A stretch of DNA of 64,000 nt from positions 27,171,339 through 27,235,338 of the forward strand of contig NC_092652.1 in assembly GCF_032118995.1 (NCBI RefSeq), given 5' to 3'. The stretch is from Asterias amurensis. Its lineage: Eukaryota. The first letter of the stretch is position 1; each line of letters opens with the position of its first letter. The notes beneath the pieces are model-generated. The model had not been told where the DNA came from. It ran no database searches and saw only the letters and a list, made by a program, of their open reading frames with translations. The position numbers and the translations under genes are program-made. Shown piece by piece: positions 1 to 12,459 of this stretch.

Positions 1-270
1 GGCATAAAAGTTTCAGTTAAATTATACAGAGTCTACTTGTTGAGAAACAACACAAAACTGTCATTGCATCTTCACTTGGGCTTCTTATGCTCGGCGAGGA
101 GACAGCGGGTACCAACCGCATCTCTGGCCGCAGCATCCGTAGACGGACACCAACCGTCAGAAGTCTGAGAAAAACATTATTTATAAATCCTTTATCCCAC
201 AAATCCTTCTTCAAAAAGTACACCAACAGCTGTATTAACAACTGCAATTCTTTTTAATTCTTTTGTTTAA

Positions 271-652
271 AGGCAGTGGACACTATTGGTTATTGTCAAA
301 ATAATTATTAGCATAAAACCTTACTTGGAAGCGAGTATTTGGGGAGAGGTTGATGGTATAAAACATTGTGAGAAACAGCTCCGTCTGAAGTGCCATAGTT
401 TTCGAGAGAGAAGTAATTTTCCACGAATTTGATTTTGAGACCTCAAGTTTAGAATTTGAGGTCTCAAAATCAACCATATAAACGCACACAACTTCGTGTG
501 ACAAGAGTGTGTTTTTTCTTTCATTATTATCTCGCAAGTTCGATGACCAATTGAGCTCAATTTCTCACAGGTTTGTTATTTTATGCATATGTTGAGATAC
601 ACCAACTGTGAAAGCTAGTCTTTGAGTTACCATATACTAGTGTCCACTGCCT
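271..652 (+). mobile_element. MITE family A (about 385 bp). It has 19-25-bp TIRs 'AGGCAGTGGACACTATTGGTAAT…ATTACCAATAGTGTCCACTGCCT', an internal 40-bp palindrome 'GATTTCGAGACCTCA…TGAGGTCTCGAAATC', and TTAA flanks at 267-270 and 653-656.
   Basis: A perfect terminal inverted repeat and a TTAA duplication are visible. At least 13 further copies lie in the window. The ORFs on the track inside it (283-537, 321-560) are repeat-derived. Confidence 0.85.
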
Positions 653-837
653 TTAAGGTCATTTAGAAAAATGCATATCATGATTGGTTGTTTTTTTCCC
701 CAACAGATTCAACGCTAGGCCCATATTTAGATTGGTACAAACTTTGACAATCAGTGACAATCTGTGACATTCATGGCTTCCCATAGTTTTCAAACCTTGG
801 TTGGCAAAAACTCGGTCTGTGACGTTCGATAGTATAC

Positions 838-1420
838 AAATATTGACTGCTTCGAGTGCTATGGTTAAAACTATGACTCCCGAGGTGATCTCCGGAGCGT
901 TCTATTTTCCCGAGGCGAAGCCGAGGGAAAATAGAACGCTACGGGGATCACCGAGGGAGTCATAGTTTTTAACCATTGCACGAGTAAATGCAGTCAATAT
1001 TTGTTTTATAACACCCCAAACATTTCTAATGACTGTACTGTTCTTATTACGTTACAGACCTGAATGCTACAATCCACGGACGACGCGAATACAGATTGCA
1101 AACACTTTTACTTACTGTGTTGCATTGTGTCGTGCAATCCGAAGTGGTTACAGACTATTAATTTATTATCCCAGTACACGCAACGGACGTCTGGGTATTG
1201 CACGCCATGTGCTAGTCTGTTGGACTAGCGCATGGCAAACCGACGCTCTATCACATGGCCGTCGTCTGGCAAAACTAAGACATGTCATGTGACGCGCTCT
1301 AAACCAATGAGCAGGCAGAATACTTGCAAGGGGTGTTATAAAAGGGCATAGTACTGACAAAGCTATGTTTAGTCTTGCCGTCATACAGACTACGACCCAA
1401 AGCTGAGTCAAACACAATGT
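838..1420 (+). mobile_element. Dispersed element D, copy 1. It has a 170-bp near-perfect hairpin (841-1008), roughly 330 bp of shared sequence, and then a CCAAT box (1304-1310) and a TATA box 'TTATAAAAGG' (1336-1347) at its 3' edge.
   Basis: The hairpin arms are 'caaatattgactgcttcgagtgctatggttaaaactatgactcccgaggtgatc…gatcaccgagggagtcatagtttttaaccattgcacgagtaaatgcagtcaatatttg'. A second copy with the same order of parts is at 27020-27480, and the homology ends about 20 bp after the TATA box in both copies. Confidence 0.6.
1336..1347 (+). promoter_or_regulatory. TATA box 'TTATAAAAGG', 26 bp downstream of a CCAAT box (ACCAATGAG, 1303-1311), carried by element D copy 1
   Basis: This is the canonical Pol II core-promoter spacing. 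The same pair (TCAATGAA…TTATAAAGACG) is at 27410-27455 in copy 2. Confidence 0.4.
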
Positions 1421-3814
1421 GTTAATTTTTATGAATGTTTAAGTGCCTTACCGGCCATGAGGTGTATGTCGTTTGAATCGGATTTGATAGACTCCCAACG
1501 GATGAACCAAATGATATGGATTCAGTGTTAATCTCTATCAGTCCTGTTGCCATGGAGTATATAGAACTCCCACTGTAAAATAAAAACCAAAGTAAAAATA
1601 CTGAATTACCAGGGGGTACCGTGTTTGTGTAAAGGCAATTTTTTTTTAAATAGATAAATAAATAGCATCAACAACAGCAGTAGCAGCAGTACAAAGTTCT
1701 ATTTACGACGTCCATTAACACCCTTAACGGCAGCCATAGCCGTTGCCGTAGCCGTAGCTGCAAATTCGTATACGGCCTTAGCCGTAACAAAATCGGAAAT
1801 GGAACTAAACATGGTAGGTTAAACAAAGACGTATGCATGGAGGGCAGTACACCTCGTGCGTGACACAGCCCAATTTAATACAGCTGCTAAAGCAGGGATT
1901 GCTTAAACATTTTTCGTTAAGCAGAAATGAGCAGGATACCAGCAACACATAGTACATATGAAATGATAGTTTGGTTGGTAACCTTATTCTGGCAAGCAAA
2001 ATGTTTTTTGTACTTAAGCAGCTCTATGAAATTAAGCACTGGCCTTTGACAAACTTGGAAGACCTATCGCACCACACGTACGTGCAAATATTCTTCTATT
2101 GGTTGAAGACTGAAGCAAAAGCCACTAGACTTCCTGAATTCGATAATATTCCTACCTAATCGAATTGATTCCAATCTCAAGTTCGAGATCACAAATATCT
2201 GGGCTAATCCTTCTGCAGAAATCACAACACGTGTTGTCGTATGCCCTGTCGTCTCCTGTGTATTTAGTCAGTAGTAACTCCATTGTTGCATAACCGTTTA
2301 CTGGGTGTGGTACCTGGACGTAAACATAGAATAAACAAAACCTATTTATTTAATGTTGAAAAAAACCAAATTCATTTCATTTCAATTTAATTCAATTCGT
2401 TCTAATAATGGTTTATAAAAACATGACTGGCTGTCAAAAACTGAAGTGCTTACACTGCCAGCAACAGTTTTGTTAGCAAAAACCCATTCTGAGTGTTCCT
2501 TTAGTCAGTATAGTAATGCTTAAAAGCAATGATATTAAGAATTATATTATTGATAATGTAGGTAAAAAACAAGTAATGAGACTGTTGTCACCTCTATCCG
2601 ATCGTCTCCACTTAGGAAATGTAGTGGGATTTTTTTTTTAAACCGTTTCGGTTGTTTTAACCATATATACAAATGTAGTTGTATACAATCAAATAAACTT
2701 GTGAAAAATACATTTCAAACGTCATCACGTTTTTGAAATATCGCTGAAACGCCGGAGCGAATATTATGTCAACTCCGTAACAATAATCACTATAGGAACA
2801 ACCAGCTGATAAGCGTTACCGCGGTAACGCGTCTTACATATTCAATTTGTGGGGATAAAAAGTGATATCCTTTCCGTAACCGTAGTACTTCTGTAAACTG
2901 CTTTTGTTCATTTATTGTATTCTTTGCAATGCTATTGGCTGTTTGTTAAAGCGCTGTGGTCTAATAGAAATGGCGCTATACAAAAGCCCAGTGTATGTAT
3001 GTATTTGTGTACATGTGTTGCATGTATGTATGTGTGTACTGTTTGTATGAATGTATTAATTACCATTAACTTTCAAAGTCATTACCAAACGTATTTACAC
3101 ATAGCTTGAAATTGATCTCAGGCGACCGTAAATGGCATGTGTATTTCACCTGGCTTACGGTTGAATAATGTTAAAAGCATGCCTTCTGACAAAACATATT
3201 GGTTATAAAACTTAGGAGTAATTAGATCGTTTCTTTATCAGTGGACATGCGTTTTTATTATTTACTTTATTCATGGTCGTCACTACGGAGTTAGTTAAAG
3301 GTTGGGCTTTAATGGTTATTGCCCGAATGCGCATTACTGACCTACTTGTTCTAAAGATGGTATAATGGTTATAGTTCGTCTGAAATGCCCCATTACTTCC
3401 AACTCAATAATACTATAAGTGAGAATACTAGTCTTTGATAATCTTCAAACGAGTCCAGTGCCTTTGAACCATGAATATAAATCGTACATCGTGTGGATAT
3501 GTGAATAATTGTCATGTAAATTTAATTGTCATGTAAATTTAAGAGGATACTTCTAGATCTTCTTTTAAAAACATTTTCGTTCTTTGAAACAAATGTTCAT
3601 TATGTTAATGTACATAACAATCTCTACGAAAAAGGACACGGTCTGTGTTGAAAAGATGCATCCTGTGAAAAGGAAGGGTTATTATTTGGTTTTTTGTCAA
3701 CATAATGTTGATTTATATAGAAACAATTTCAATGGAAGATGCATTCAGTTTAGGCCTAATACAGTGTATTCTGTAACAAACGTCGAATCTATTCACGTTA
3801 TAAGCCATGGACAC

Positions 3815-4156
3815 CTTGTGTAATATTATCAAAGACCACTATTCTCATGTATCCGAACTAAAAAAATTCATAAAATAAACTGTAAAAATTTTGACTCTAT
3901 TGGTCATCGAAGTTTCCAGAGAATAATAAAAGAAAAACACCCTTGGTTGCACAACTTTGTGTGCTTTTAGATGCATGATAAAAAGGCTTCGTTTTTTGAA
4001 GTGAGAAATTCCCTATTTCTCAAAAACTTTGTTACTTCAGAGGGAGCCGTTTCTCTCAAGGTTTTATACTATCAACAGCTACTATTGCTCGTTACTAAGT
4101 TGTTATGCCAACAATTGTTTTTAGTATTTACCAATAGTGTCCAGTGCCTTTAAAGC
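3815..4156 (-). mobile_element. MITE family A, old degenerate copy
   Basis: The termini are 'caaagaccactattctc…ttaccaatagtgtccagtgccttt', and the internal 'cttcagagggagccgtttctc' segment is shared. Confidence 0.55.
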
Positions 4157-4589
4157 ATGAACAAATTTCCAGCAAATTTGCCTTTTGACAAAACAATATT
4201 CAACCCAAAAATAGATGATCGATTAATCGATTTTAACAGCAAACATAACTGTTCTTCATGCCGTTTTGAGGGAAAATCTCTCACCTTTTTTTACTTAGTT
4301 TGTTGTAGTTAAGGCCTTATTCGCTACTGCATTGGTATAAGTTTATTGTGCAGCTTACTTTGTAAAACATTGATGTCAAACGCCTTGAGAAAAAAAACGT
4401 CTTCGTTGATAACTATTTTATGTTTGAAAATGTATTTGTATTGTTCATTTATGAGCCCTGGAATTTAACATAACATAAACAAAATAATATATACATGGGA
4501 TAGTGAAACAAAAAAATTTCAAAAAAGTCTGCACACTTTTTAATAAATGAAATCTAATGATTTTTGGCGACATTTTCTTCATAGTAAAG

Positions 4590-4950
4590 ACACTGTATAA
4601 CACGTTTGGTAATTGTCAAAGACCAGTATTCTCACTTGGTGTGTCCCAACAATGCATAAAGTGGCATACCTGTGAACATTTGAGCTTAATTTGTCATCAA
4701 AGTTGCAAGAAAATAATAAAAGAACAGACACCCTTGTTGCACAAACGTAAGCTTGCAGTATTTCAGTATTTCTCAAATGCAAATAATTGAGTGAAAAAAT
4801 ACCTCCTTCTCCTTAACTGCATGCGTTACTTCAGAAAGAATCGTTTCTCACAATGTTTTAAACTATCAACAGCTCTTCGTTGCTCGGTACAAAGTTAGTA
4901 TGCTAATATTTATATTTGAGTAATTACCAAACGTTTCCAGTGCCTAATTA
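4590..4950 (-). mobile_element. MITE family A, old degenerate copy
   Basis: The termini are 'ggtaattgtcaaagaccagtattctcacttggtgt…gagtaattaccaaacgtttccagtgcct'. Confidence 0.5.
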
Positions 4951-5929
4951 GTGAGCACAATTTGATCAAGGTGGTCTATACCTACGTACAATATTAAAGT
5001 GTCGATAGAAGTTCGATTTTCAAACAAAGCTTTGACTCCATTAGCACCATGTTAGCTTCTTTCGCATAAACTTGAAACTTACCTTCACCACCAAGATACC
5101 TGCAAGGTAGAGAAGAGCTACCCATCCCCTCATCATTCTAACAAATGTAATCTACTTAAAGGCTAAAGAATACTCCATGAAAGAAACTAAAGACGCCGAA
5201 AGTTGAGTTGAGAGCGTCAACAATTACAGCCTCAACAACCAAGTTTTAAACAGATGCATGTCTATTTGTTTTGCACTGGATGGGCATCCTTATCTATGTA
5301 GGATTAGGCCTAGTGTGTTATGATACCATGATTGTCTATTCATAGATTACTGTTCTTATCAATGTATTCTGGTGACAAAGAAAACTGGTGATTATATAGA
5401 ACTCAACATCAAGCATTCGTCCCAAAACAGTTATAAAGTCACCTTGTTTTGTATAATGCTAGCGCTACACATCGTTGTACCGTTTTTGATGGATTAAGCC
5501 ATAACAGAAATACACAAAGATTAAAATAAAGTGACACACAACAGCATCATTTGTTAAGGTATTAAAATTAAGGACAGTTCAATCCACGACGTTTTGTCGA
5601 ATACATCAGTTCAACGGTTGACAACTCCCTTTCATCAAAACATTCTGAAAGCCCCACGAATGTTCTCCTTTCCGAATTTACACGATTGGTGGTGCTACCG
5701 TCAACATTGTTTACACCGATTCTATAGGAATTCAAAATTCTGCTTGAAATTTCATAGTGATGGAATTTGATGTTGTACTACTCATGTATGGGTGTGTTTG
5801 CATTATTTACTGTTTCGAATGTTATATACCTTTTTTCCATTTCAACATGTAATGTGTTTTATACAATTGAAGTATTTTATACATTCTAGCAATTTGGCCA
5901 GTGGCCACAAATGTAAAGGTAATACCAAT

Positions 5930-6075
5930 TGCATTACATATCATACCGGATAACTTTCCGTATGGCGCCACCACTTTTTCACTCATTTTTACAAAATGGG
6001 ATATGTCAATCAGGTAAATTAGATACTATATTATTTTATTTCGAATGAAAAAGTGGTGGCGCCATACGGAAACTT
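5930..6075. repeat. Inverted repeat with roughly 32-bp arms 'CCGTATGGCGCCACCACTTTTTCACTCATT … AATGAAAAAGTGGTGGCGCCATACGG' around an AT-rich loop of about 70 bp. It may be a foldback or MITE-like element.
   Basis: It can be read directly. Confidence 0.7.
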
Positions 6076-7821
6076 TTCCATAATACCAAGCTTTTAAACT
6101 CTGAATTAGTTTTCGGATAGGCCCATCAATAAAAAAAAACAATACAAAACTGTACAATAACATGCGTATGATTTTATAAGCAATTGCCATTAAATCAGGG
6201 AAATTTTATAAAATTGAATTGTCTGCTTTTGGATCAACATTCCTTTTAAACTTAAAATGCTTTTGACCAAGTGCCCTATATTATTTTATGTAAAACACAA
6301 TTTCAATACACGAGGTTTTCTCCATTAAATATTATGAAACGGACTTACGATTTACCAAGCTTAGCTCTCATTGTGCCATTTATAGCAGACCCAATACATC
6401 TGTGCCGCAGCATGCAAGGGAGACCTCTGGCTGCCTGTATCTAACTTCACACACCTTACTTCAAAACTGGTGCTGTAAGCATAGGCCTACTATCATTTTT
6501 CTCCACTGTACATGTATATCCCGCGCCACCATTTTGTTCATTGCCTCTCATGCCCGTCAGTAACAAGTACTGCCAGTGAAAATCCAGACATTCCAGAGAG
6601 GCTACGCCCACAGACCAAAAACAAAAACCCCAGAGTAGACCCTTGCAATGCCTTTGTACTTACATAACAGGTAACGTTGCTGCACCAAAGCACTTGCACA
6701 CCTGCCAAAACTATGTACAACAAAGTAGCTACTGCACAGTAGCTCTTGATAACCTGCCAAAATGGTAAAGGAGGGGAGGGTGGAGGTTTAAGGAAAAAGG
6801 GGTGGGTGGATGATGAAGGATGAGTAACGATGGATGAAAGATGAAAAATGAAGGATGAAATGAAGGATGAAGGAGAAAGGGTATTTACTGGTGGATAAAG
6901 GTTGAAAAATGGAGGATGAAGGAGGTAGTTAGAGGGTGGAGGGCAGTGTTATAGCTACGGTGGGCGGTGCTGGGTGGGCCGTCCCCAGGGCTCTCAATTT
7001 TTGCCCAGCACTCTGAGCAAAATACATTATGCTGCCCAGCACAGATTTCAAATATTGTCCCCTTTGCATTGGTCTGAGACACAGCTAATGATAAGGAGTG
7101 AGAAAGAACACAATCCAAAGGCCATTCAAGTATTGGATGGCCCCATGACACAAACAGTTTGGGAACCTGGCCCCACTTCAGCACTATTGGCCCATAATTA
7201 TATGAAGAATTTTGTTGATCCCCTTGCCCCTGGTAGCTTTTCAACAAAATTTGATTTATTGCCCGCCACTAAAATTGGTCTAGCTACAACCCTGGTGGAG
7301 GGTGGAGGATGGAGGGTGGCGGGTGTAGGATGTAGAGTTGAGAATGGAGGATAAAAGGAGAATGAAGGTGTGATCCCGACCAAACATAAAACCCCAATGT
7401 CCAGTTGCCTTAAAAACCGGTATAAATCGGCAAAACAACCCATTATGTTTTTTTGCAGAAATCTTAGGCTTCTGCTCGTTGTGTAGATGGTGTTGCGGTT
7501 ACGATACTGCCAGCCCGCTTCGTACTTCAATCAAAGTTGATAACAGTTGATTAATTAAAGATGAATACTATTTCCCGATATTACTTTTTAATCGACAATT
7601 GATATGTGAATAGGTTTCCCGTGGCTTAACTCGAAGTCAATGTCAATATTGATAGGGTGACACGGGGTAAAGTTCAAGCAAACAGGAGTGGCTTTTCTAA
7701 GAGTCAACATAACAAAGCAAAGCAGGAATCGTTGAGACTGTTATTTTGCAACCATAGACATTCATTGTCGTAGTAGAAAATGAAGCTAAACGCAAAACAA
7801 AATACGAACCGAGACTCTTAA

Positions 7822-8199
7822 AGACACTGGACACTATTGGTAATTGTCAAAGACTAGCCTTCACCGTTAGTGTATCTCAACATATGCATAAAATAACAAA
7901 CCTGTGAAAATTTGAGCTCAATCGGTCATCGAAGTTGCGATATAATAATGAAAGAAAAATAACCCTTGTCACACGAAGTTGTGTGCGTTTAGATGGTTGA
8001 TTTCGAGACCTCAAGTTCTAAATCTGAGGTCTCGAAATCAAATTCGTGGAAAATTACTTCTCTCTCGAAAACTATGTCAATTCAGAGGGAGCTGTTTCTC
8101 ACAATGTTTTATACTATCAACCTCTCCCCATTACTCGTAATCAAGAAAGGTTTTATGATAATAATTATTTTGAGTAATTACCAATAGTGTCCACTGCCT
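7822..8199 (-). mobile_element. MITE family A copy, TTAA-flanked (7818-7821 and 8200-8203)
   Basis: The termini are 'agacactggacactattggtaattg…attaccaatagtgtccactgcct', and the internal palindrome 'gatttcgagacctcaagttctaaatctgaggtctcgaaatc' is present. Confidence 0.8.
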
Positions 8200-8244
8200 T
8201 TAACCCAAAGTGTGTTTCAGATTCCCCGATTAACGTACGCCAAT

Positions 8245-8520
8245 GAGGCGCGAAGACCAGTATTCTCACTTTGTGTATCCCAATTGCATAAAATAACAAA
8301 CCTGTGAACTATGGGCTCAATTGGTCATCGAAGTTGCAAGAAAATAATGGGGGGGGGGGAACCTCTTATTGCACACGCTTGTGTGATTTCATGCCTGAAG
8401 TCTTTCAATGTTTAAGTGATAAATTACCCCCATTCTAAAAAACGACGTTACTTCAGATGGAGCCGCTTTTCTCTCACAATGCTTTATACTATCAACAGCA
8501 TTCCATTGCACAAAAAGTTT
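8245..8520 (-). mobile_element. MITE family A, 5'-truncated partial copy containing a G10 tract
   Basis: 'gaagaccagtattctcactttgtgtatcccaattgcataaaataacaaacctgtgaa…cttcagatggagccgcttttctctcacaatg' matches the family interior. Confidence 0.5.
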
Positions 8521-10208
8521 AAAAAGTATATATATTGTGGTCATGATCTATATATTAAAAAATACATCATATTATTTCACTTTGACGTAATGTGGTTATG
8601 TAAAAACATACAAGTTTTTATCCCCAAAATTTCAATCTGGGAAGTGTTTCTTCTGCATGGACAGAAATTCGCTCCGGATTTGCGGCGATATCTTAAAAAC
8701 CCAACCACCTTTGAATACGATTGTTTTCACAGGTTAGTTTATCATAATTGTTTTACATTTGTTCTTCTTCTTTTTTCTTTCCCCATACCTAAAAAAATGG
8801 AGGTAGAAAAGGTAAGAGGATTATAGGTTAAACAATCGAACGGTGTCAAAAACCAAAGGAATACTTTGACTGTAAAGCAAGACAGAAAAACAACCTTGTT
8901 TTAAAGGATAAGTTTCCCTCAGGTTGCCTAACTCAAAGCTTTAGCGCCAAAGAACATTGATGTACAGCAGGTCAGATGCGAAAAACGGAACAAAATGCTT
9001 AGACAGTCGTATCACCATTTGACAAAAGTCAGAATTCCTTTACTTGATATGTCTATTTTCGACACCATAGCATTTGTCCTTTGACAACAGAGTAATACTG
9101 ACTGTACTGGCTGGGATTGCACCGCTTCGTGACCAGGTATTCAGTTTGCCCAATGTACCTTGATACTCAGAAATGGGCTTTGTGTTTTCAATGAAAATAG
9201 TGGAAAGAATGCTTTCAGTAGACGTGAAAGAATTGAAGTGGGGTGGTTTAGATTTATGCACTGTTCATGTAGGTGTTTTGTAAGCAAGAGGTAGGTCATA
9301 CAGGCACAATTCACCGGTACCGAATTTAGTAAGAAGTCTGTCTTCAGTGACAGAATTCCGTGGCAGGGAAAACTCATCAGCAGAACGGAGCTACGGTTTG
9401 GTCCAAGTGCTTTATTTGGCAACAACAGGGTGAGTACAAATTTGTTGGTAAACAAGGAATCCATTTTGTGTCATGGGTTGTTTAAAAATCAACCACGGTG
9501 TAAGGAACATAAGTGCACAATCATAGTACAGCCTTCATGGGGTGTCGGTTGTGTAGGCCTACAAAAATGTGTTGTATCATGAGTGTAGAAGTTGGTGTTT
9601 CCATTGGGATGCTTTGCCAATTGTATTTACAGTAATGGTTCAGATTCAGAACATCTACAGGTTTGAGATAATATTGATTCATTTTGGAAATGGGAAGGGT
9701 TCAAGTAATACAAGTATGCCACACCCTTATGAGCTTAGAGCAATGTTTAAAGCCTTTAAAGCAATGTTTATGGCGTTGGGTCCAGGCCCGCTTAAGGACC
9801 CCGAATGTGTTTCACACTGGGTGATTTCTGGTGTAATCTAGACATAATTAGGCTATATAATAAGATATATTATATAGCTCTATGAATCTACATCACTACA
9901 GAGATGTTTAACCCTTTACCTTTACGCAGTGGACAATTTTATTTATGTTCCTTTTAACAATTGTTTTGTTAAATTGGTAGTGTGGGGGGGGGGGGTCGGA
10001 TCGGTCGGGTGGGGTGGGGTGGCACACGCTTGTCGTTCACTGAGTAAAACTATAAATTATGCTTGCCATGTTTGTACATTGGGGTTGTTTTCATATTTGC
10101 TACTGGTTATAGGTTTTAAATAATTCCACTGTTTCTTTCCTGAATACAGGTAGCTCTGGCGAGTTGGTTGGAGTATAGTTAAAGACATAGCTCCATCTGA
10201 GATAAACG

Positions 10209-11736
10209 ATGTATAATCCTGGAGACGATACTCTAGTCATTGAGAGGAAGGATGTTGTAGACACTGAAACAGAAGATGAAGACGATGATGCGTCTTCATC
10301 CTCAGGGAAAAGATACAAAGGATACTGCTATGGTAGACTTAATCCAGACCTCCTCCTCTGTAAGATATTCTATTTCACCTTCTACGGTTCTTACGGAAGC
10401 TTGTATCCACTCATCGCAATCTACTTCAAGCAACTTGGTCTCACTGCTACTGAGAGTGGTATCCTCGTTGGTATCAGACCATTTGTGGAGTTCTGTGCTG
10501 CGCCAATGTGGGGTGCGGTGGCTGATACATGGCGTAAGGCTAAGTTTATCTTGCTACTTTCACTCGTTTCGTGGTTGGTGTTCACTGAAGCTGTAGCTTT
10601 CATCGAACCTGGGAATACAGTTTGTGTCATGTTGAATACTACCAACCCTAATATTACTGTTGTTGTGGATAGTACTGGCGTCAGGATAACTCATGTTGAA
10701 AGTGTCCCTAAAGGACATGTGGAGGTGGTTGACATTTCTGTCAAGAAGAGAAAATATTCGAATATACGTCAAGACGATGTAAGTTTTCTTAACGAGTCAT
10801 TCACTCAAAGAAATGAGCTGTTTACTACCGATGAGAACAGTGTTTCCACGCCTCCAATTAAAGCCAAAAAACCCTTGGATCGTACATTGACTTTTATCAA
10901 GTACAAATATGAGAACACTAAAAGTGTATTTATTCTACTTCTTCTGTTTATGATTGTTGGCGAGTTCTTCAGCTCACCAACTATCACCCTTGCCGACTCG
11001 GCCACCCTGGGTTACCTCGGCCACCAAAGGATGGAGTTATACGGTCGTCAGAGAATGTTTGGCTCCTTGGCCTGGGGTCTTATCATGTTTCTTGAAGGCC
11101 TGATCTTAGAAAGGACCAAGATAGTGAGTGTAGAATGTGATGGTTATGCGATGCAAGAAAAGGAAAATTACCTTACTTGTTTCGGTACGTATGCTGTGCT
11201 GATCACATGTTCATTCTTCATAGCCACTCAACTTTCTTTCACGTACCAAGCAGCGGAAAAGAAGAAACTCCCAACGTATAAAGATCAATCGTCCGATGAA
11301 TTGATTCTGTTGCAACAGCTTAATACCAGTCGAAAACGCAAAGAAACATACACCAGTAAGAAGAAGAAACAATTGGTCCTTGAAAACAGCGACGATGGGG
11401 AGCCGAAATACAGCGAGGTTCTTGGCTTGTACGCCAGCGTCAAATACGGAACTGTGTTGTACGTCGTCTGGTTTGCAGGCTTCGGGTTTGGGTTCCTCTT
11501 TACATTTCTCTATTGGCATCTCAAGCAGCTTGGAGGACCACCGACCCTGTTTGGAGTTGCATCTATCGTCAATCATTCATCTGAAGTGACTGGATATTTC
11601 TTTAGTAGTTGGTTGATACGGAAGATGGGTCATATTCCATTGATATGTTTGGGATTGATGTGTTTCGCTGTTCGGTTTATTGTCATCTCGTGGCTGGTGA
11701 ATCCATGGTGGGTGCTCGTTGTGGAATCTTTACAAG
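10209..11736 (+). CDS. MFSD6: MFSD6 orthologue (major facilitator superfamily domain-containing protein 6), coding exon 1. The ATG is at 10209 and the donor is CAAG|gtaagg at 11736/11737, leaving phase 1.
   Basis: A 524-aa ORF. 'LLCKIFYFTFYGSYGSLYPLIAIYFKQLGLTATESGILVGIRPFVEFCAAPMWGAVADTWRKAKFILLLSL' aligns along its length to human MFSD6 '[71 protein letters not shown]'. There is a large N-glycosylation-rich extracellular loop, as in MFSD6, and the C-terminal 'YWHLKQLGGPPTLFGV..SEVTGYFFS' is also MFSD6-like. A canonical gtaagg donor follows 'ESLQ'. Confidence 0.85.
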
Positions 11737-12237
11737 GTAAGGTTGGCAAAAGGTTTCCAATATTTATGGAACTGCTGAACTAAAGTTTTAAAATGCTCAG
11801 TGTTTCAAAAGTTTATTTCAATTGTTGCAATACTAAGTACTAAAATTGAAACTTTGCTTTGCAAGGTTCGCAGTATAAAGCATCAAGGCCTGCATGGAAT
11901 AGCTCGCCCGTTGTGGAGGCTCTTAAACGAATCGACATTGTTACTTAGTTTCACTCAAAATTAGTTTGTGTATAACATCATTATCAACAGTGACATCGGA
12001 TTCTGTTTATTTAGGTATTTTGTTGATGTTGATAAGTTGTCGTCTTTACTTTTTGATGAGGGCAAAGAGAAAAAATGACTAATTTTGAAAAAATGTTAAA
12101 CTCATAATGAGTATACGTTCTTTTAATAATCTATCACTCTTGCTGTATTTCATTTCAAATTTGTTTGTCAACTTCTTGAAGACTACTGGCTTGAAACAAT
12201 TCGTTTTTTTGCAAATTGTTTGAAATTCCATGCATGA

Positions 12238-12459
<222 letters not shown>

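Noticed and set aside
283-560. Track ORFs inside MITE-A copies (also 7993-8187, 19176-19389, 58782-58995 and 61393-61620)
   Set aside because: The same short peptides recur in every MITE copy. They are repeat-encoded and not genes.
6885-7530. Three overlapping 110-126-aa ORFs on both strands, taken together as a possible gene
   Set aside because: They have no homology, the codon structure is not protein-like (G/P/W-rich and A-rich frames), and they are embedded between purine-rich low-complexity blocks. Together they are kept only as a low-interest finding.
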